Of a stretch of DNA of 64,000 bases, positions 59,750 to 64,000 are shown one piece after another. The notes under the pieces were generated by a model that was given only the letters and a program-made list of their open reading frames with translations, had not been told where the DNA came from and ran no database searches. The DNA comes from an uncultured Candidatus Saccharibacteria bacterium (GTDB taxonomy: Bacteria > Patescibacteriota > Saccharimonadia > Saccharimonadales > UBA10212), in the NCBI GenBank assembly GCA_964483315.1, contig CAZAAL010000001.1, positions 122,850 through 186,849 of the forward strand, written 5' to 3'. Numbering within the stretch: the first letter of the stretch is position 1; the number at the start of each line of letters is the position of its first letter. Position numbers and translations under genes: made by a program.

Positions 59750-61330
59750 ATGAATCGGCTATTAAACCGTGCCAATCGGCGAATTTCTTTAACAAGCGCC
59801 GCTACTTTACTAGTGGTGGCTACTTTATTTGGCCAATTACTCGGATTTATAAGAACCCAGTTAGTAAATGCTAACTTTGATGTTTACGGTCCAAATAGCA
59901 CCGATGCTTACTTTGCGGCCTTTAAAATTCCAGATTTTTTCTTTTTTGCAATTGCAGCCGGTGCGCTTGGTGTGGCGTTTATGCCATATATCTCAGATAA
60001 GCTTCAGAAAGGTGATAAAAAGGCCGTTTGGGAGCTAACATCAAGTCTGCTTAATCTGATGGGTATTATCATGATTGGCGTAGGTATAGTAATTTTAGTA
60101 TTCGCCGACGAGCTAATTAAACTTTTAATGGGTTCAGATGCTAATCCACAACAACTACACAATGCGGCTACAATTATGCGCCTTGTGGCGTTAAATCCTT
60201 TGCTCTTTACTATATCGGGCATACTAACCAGTGTTCAACAAACATATGGACGATTTTTCTTTTTTGCAATTAGCCCCATTATTTACAACTTATCAATTAT
60301 CGCTAGCGTTTATGTTTTTAAAGATTTAACTGGCTTGGGTGTCGGTGCGTTAATTGGCGCTGTATTGCAATTGGTTGTCGTCTGTCTGGGGCTATATGGG
60401 CTAGGTTTTAAATACTACCCATACATCAAATGGAAGAGCAACGACTTCAAGGGCATTTTAAGAGCCATCCCGCCACGAGCAGTAGATCAAGGGATTGATT
60501 CAATTAACACGATTGTTGAGACAAACCGAGCTGCTAATCTGGGCGTAGGTAACGTAACGCATTACGAAAACGCCTATATTCTACATACGGCACCGATTTA
60601 TCTGGTTGGTAACTCAATATCTACGGCTGCTTTTCCACGCTTAATGGCCAGGCTTAGTCAGGGCAGACCAGACTTGTTCAGGAAAGATTTTACACAAATA
60701 TTAAGGGCAATGGTTTGGATAATTATCCCGATTGTTGTTATTGGTTATTTTGCTAGAGCTTATCTTGCACGCATGATTTTTAAAAATTCAGCCCCTGAAA
60801 TTGCATTAGTTTTTGGTTTTTTTGCAGGAGCTATATTTTTTAGGACAATTTATACACTTGTATCTCGGTATTTTTACGCGAATAAAGATACACGAACTCC
60901 GCTTTATGTGTCGCTGTTTGCAATTGCTCTAAACATCTTTTTGGCTTTTAGTTTGTCCAGACCTGATGTCTATAAAGTAGAAGGATTGGCCATGGCGCAG
61001 TCGATAGTTGCAGCAGCTGAAGTATTTTTACTAATGATAATTATTGCTTGGCGTGATCCGAAGGTGTTTGATAGAACATTTTGGGGTGGCATACTCAAGA
61101 TGCTCTCGGTAACTGGATTTACTATTTTGACGGCGTTGGTTATGGTAACAATCGTGCCTCTTTCTAATTTTGATAAGGGCTTTACGACACTTGGCACAAA
61201 GTTTTTCTTTATTGCAGTACCCGTATTACTTGTTCATCTAGCGGTGTCGTCAATCTTTGGCCTTGAAGAGGCTCGACCAGTTATTAATAAAATCAGACGG
61301 ATAATTCTTAAGCCGATTAAAATACAGTAA
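59750..61330 (+). CDS. murJ: lipid II flippase MurJ (MviN)
   Basis: 14-TM protein. N-terminus LLVVATLFGQLLGFIRTQLVNANFDVYGPNSTDAYFAAFKIPDFFF is typical of MurJ. Confidence 0.8.
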   Translation: MNRLLNRANRRISLTSAATLLVVATLFGQLLGFIRTQLVNANFDVYGPNSTDAYFAAFKIPDFFFFAIAAGALGVAFMPYISDKLQKGDKKAVWELTSSLLNLMGIIMIGVGIVILVFADELIKLLMGSDANPQQLHNAATIMRLVALNPLLFTISGILTSVQQTYGRFFFFAISPIIYNLSIIASVYVFKDLTGLGVGALIGAVLQLVVVCLGLYGLGFKYYPYIKWKSNDFKGILRAIPPRAVDQGIDSINTIVETNRAANLGVGNVTHYENAYILHTAPIYLVGNSISTAAFPRLMARLSQGRPDLFRKDFTQILRAMVWIIIPIVVIGYFARAYLARMIFKNSAPEIALVFGFFAGAIFFRTIYTLVSRYFYANKDTRTPLYVSLFAIALNIFLAFSLSRPDVYKVEGLAMAQSIVAAAEVFLLMIIIAWRDPKVFDRTFWGGILKMLSVTGFTILTALVMVTIVPLSNFDKGFTTLGTKFFFIAVPVLLVHLAVSSIFGLEEARPVINKIRRIILKPIKIQ

Positions 61331-61333
61331 ATT

Positions 61334-63115
61334 ATGAATCAAAGCCATATACGGAATTTTTGCATAATTGCTCATATCGATCATGGAAAGTCGACTCTAG
61401 CAGATAGATTGCTCGAAAATACCGGCACAGTCGATAAGAGGAACATGAAAAGCCAACTGTTAGATAAAATGGACCTTGAGCAAGAGCGTGGCATAACTAT
61501 CAAGTTAGCTCCTGTTCGGATGCAATATCAAGGTTATGAATTAAATCTAATCGATACACCAGGTCATGTTGATTTTAGTTATGAAGTGTCACGTTCATTG
61601 CAAGCTTGCGAAGGAGCCATACTGGTGGTAGATGCTAGCCAGGGGATTCAGGCGCAGACTCTTGCCAATGTATATCTGGCAATAGAGGCTAATCTTACAA
61701 TTATCCCAGTGCTCAATAAGATTGACTTACCCGCCGCTAATGTCGAAAAGGTCAGCCAAGAAATAATTAATTTGCTTGGTTGTAAAAGCGAGGATATTTT
61801 AAAAATAAGCGCGAAAACGGGCGAAGGCATAAACGAGGTTTTAAAAAACATTATCCAAAAAGTTCCACCTCCGCAAGGTCAAGATAATCAAAGCACTAGA
61901 GCATTAATTTTTGATAGTTATTACGACGATTACCGGGGTGTAATCCTCTATTTAAGAGTTATAGATGGCGAAATCCACAAATCGGATCAAATAAAAATGA
62001 TAGCCACATCGGCTGAAGGAATCGCTCTTGAGGTAGGTTTTTTAAATCCTGAAATGTCACCTTTAAAAACATTAAATACGGGTGAAATCGGCTATGTAGT
62101 GACTAACCTAAAAAGCACGCGCCAAGCCAAGGTAGGTGACACCGTAACCCTATTAAAAAATCCAGCCTTAAATGCCCTACCAGGGTATCGCGAAATACAT
62201 CCCTTTGTTTACGCAGGATTTTATCCAGATAGTAACGAAAACTACCAGCTTTTAAAAGATGCAGTTGAAAAACTATCTTTAAGTGATTCCGCCTTGCAAT
62301 ACGAACTTGAAAATTCTCCAGTACTTGGTTTTGGGGTTCGAATCGGCTTTTTAGGGTTGTTGCATATGGATATTGTTAAAGAGCGACTTGAACGTGAGTA
62401 TAATCTGGAACTAGTTGTAACTAATCCATCAACCGATTACGAGGTTAAGTTAGTAAGTGGCGAGGACGTTTCTATTAAATCAGCATCTGATTTGCCAGAT
62501 GTTGCAAAAGTAGCAGAAATCCGTGAGCCATGGATAAACGGTGAGATCGTTTGCCCATCTGACTACGTTGGTTCGGTTTTGCAACTGATTACTAACCTTC
62601 GTGGTAGGCAAAAAAATCTAAGTTATATGGACCAAACATTAGCTGTAATAACTTTTGAAGCACCTTTGGCAAACATGCTTACTGATTTTTATGATCGGTT
62701 AAAAAGTCTAACAAGTGGATACGGCTCATTTAACTACGAATTAGCTGACTACCGAGCAGACGATTTAGTAAAGCTAGATTTTTATGTGGCTGGCGACAGA
62801 GTTGATGCACTGAGTCTGATGGTCCATCGTTCAGAAGCCCAAAGTTTAGCGCAAACAACAGTCAAAAAGTTGAAAGAGATTATTCCAAGGCAAAACTTTC
62901 AAGTAAGCCTACAAGGGGCAATTGGCGGAAAGTTTATTGCTCGCGAGGACATATCGGCTTACCGAAAAGACGTTACAAGTGGTTTGTACGGTGGTGATGT
63001 TTCTCGAAAAAAGAAGGTGCTTGCTAAGCAAAAAAAAGGCAAAGAACGTCTGAAAAGATTTGGTAAAGTAGATATCCCAGCGGAAGCATTTACTGTTCTT
63101 CTAAAACGTGACTAA
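61334..63115 (+). CDS. lepA: elongation factor 4 (LepA)
   Basis: IRNFCIIAHIDHGKSTLADRLLE G-domain and a LepA-specific C-terminal domain. 593 aa. Confidence 0.95.
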   Translation: MNQSHIRNFCIIAHIDHGKSTLADRLLENTGTVDKRNMKSQLLDKMDLEQERGITIKLAPVRMQYQGYELNLIDTPGHVDFSYEVSRSLQACEGAILVVDASQGIQAQTLANVYLAIEANLTIIPVLNKIDLPAANVEKVSQEIINLLGCKSEDILKISAKTGEGINEVLKNIIQKVPPPQGQDNQSTRALIFDSYYDDYRGVILYLRVIDGEIHKSDQIKMIATSAEGIALEVGFLNPEMSPLKTLNTGEIGYVVTNLKSTRQAKVGDTVTLLKNPALNALPGYREIHPFVYAGFYPDSNENYQLLKDAVEKLSLSDSALQYELENSPVLGFGVRIGFLGLLHMDIVKERLEREYNLELVVTNPSTDYEVKLVSGEDVSIKSASDLPDVAKVAEIREPWINGEIVCPSDYVGSVLQLITNLRGRQKNLSYMDQTLAVITFEAPLANMLTDFYDRLKSLTSGYGSFNYELADYRADDLVKLDFYVAGDRVDALSLMVHRSEAQSLAQTTVKKLKEIIPRQNFQVSLQGAIGGKFIAREDISAYRKDVTSGLYGGDVSRKKKVLAKQKKGKERLKRFGKVDIPAEAFTVLLKRD

Positions 63116-63163
63116 GCATTAATCTAAATTTACGATAAATCTTATTTTGCTTATACTTTTATC

Positions 63164-63874
63164 ATGAGCGATTTGATTAGGCATAAGCTATCATCGGCAA
63201 TTAGGGATTATCATATGTCTGAAAAAGCCAAGAATCTTATTGAAGCATCAAACCCGCTGCTTATATGTGGCGTATCGGCAGCAGGCAAAAGTACGGTCAT
63301 TAACAAGTTGCTGACTCATGCTAAATTTGCGCAGGTTATCTCTCATACCACTAGACAGCCAAGACACAACGATGGTCATCTTGAGCAAAATGGCGAGCAT
63401 TTTTGGTTTGTAACAGAGGCTGAAATGTACGAAATGGTCCAAAGGCAGGAGTTTTTGGAAGTTAAAGACGTACATTCTGGTTGGTTTTACGGCAAAAGCA
63501 TCTTTGAGCTTGATAAGGTTGTATCACATGGTAAACGAGCAATTTTTGATATCGATGTCAGGGGGGCTTTGGATTTTATTAAAGTATCATCAAATATCAG
63601 CCCAATATTCTTGTTGCCGCCAAGTTACGAAATTTGGATGCAACGACTTAGCTCAAGAGGCAATATGAGCGATATCGAAAAATCTAAACGACTCAGAAGC
63701 GCCAAAAATGAAATCCAAACAGCAGTCAATAATCGCCATTTTATTTTAGTAATAAACCATGAGGCCGAAGAAACAGTTAGTGATGTTTTAAGAGGTACAT
63801 ATAAAAATCCACAACATCAACACACGGCCTATCATTTAGCGCTTGACTACCTACAATTTCTAAAAGACTATTAA
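63164..63874 (+). CDS. guanylate kinase-like P-loop kinase
   Basis: P-loop GVSAAGKST and SHTTRQPRHNDGHLEQNGEHFWFVTEAEMYEMVQRQEFLEVKDVHSGWFYGKS, resembling Gmk. Has an N-terminal ~25-aa extension. Confidence 0.6.
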   Translation: MSDLIRHKLSSAIRDYHMSEKAKNLIEASNPLLICGVSAAGKSTVINKLLTHAKFAQVISHTTRQPRHNDGHLEQNGEHFWFVTEAEMYEMVQRQEFLEVKDVHSGWFYGKSIFELDKVVSHGKRAIFDIDVRGALDFIKVSSNISPIFLLPPSYEIWMQRLSSRGNMSDIEKSKRLRSAKNEIQTAVNNRHFILVINHEAEETVSDVLRGTYKNPQHQHTAYHLALDYLQFLKDY

Positions 63875-64000
63875 CTGGACTTTTTCACTCACATTTTCGG
63901 TACGTATATTATAAAAATGAGGATCGTTATAAAATATGTTGGCACTCTTGACATGCGACTGCCAATTTTAGTACACTAGCAGTAAGCACACGTGAGTGCT

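Overview
Low-GC (~38%) window with mostly short intergenic regions. The gene content (LepA, MurJ, MurC-like, archaeal-type AspRS, GlmS, a single Gdh, many small secreted or membrane hypotheticals, an intron-split tRNA) suggests a reduced-genome bacterium, possibly Patescibacteria/CPR or Saccharibacteria-like; this is inference only.

Layout:
(1) 1-16.1 kb: a cell-surface polysaccharide locus on the minus strand (SAM-methyltransferase, tandem-GT2, GT4s, rfbA-rfbC-rfbB, glmS, WbaP-like priming transferase), with a divergent Wzy/O-antigen-ligase-like gene and GtrA.
(2) 16-31 kb: a LexA-DNA-binding-domain-only regulator, metallophosphoesterase, Gdh, a translationally coupled small-ORF + Y-family polymerase cassette, a 0.8-kb high-GC foreign island, small proteins, an HNH endonuclease abutting a tRNA-Asn(GUU) split by a 224-nt group I intron, fasciclin, TetR, UppP.
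(3) 31.7-36.9 kb: a giant (about 1750 aa) repeat-rich surface protein with a C-terminal H-type-lectin-like domain and a perfect 689-bp internal direct repeat.
(4) 37-64 kb: a cobalamin-riboswitch-like leader plus a structured repeat that recurs at 54.35 kb with compensatory base changes, then CPA2 and NRAMP transporters, DsbA-like, CorC-like, AspRS, a second high-GC island, a paralogous TolB-like pair, AlkA-like glycosylase, MscS, MurC-like, MurJ, LepA, Gmk-like.

No CRISPR array, rRNA, transposase or integrase was seen.
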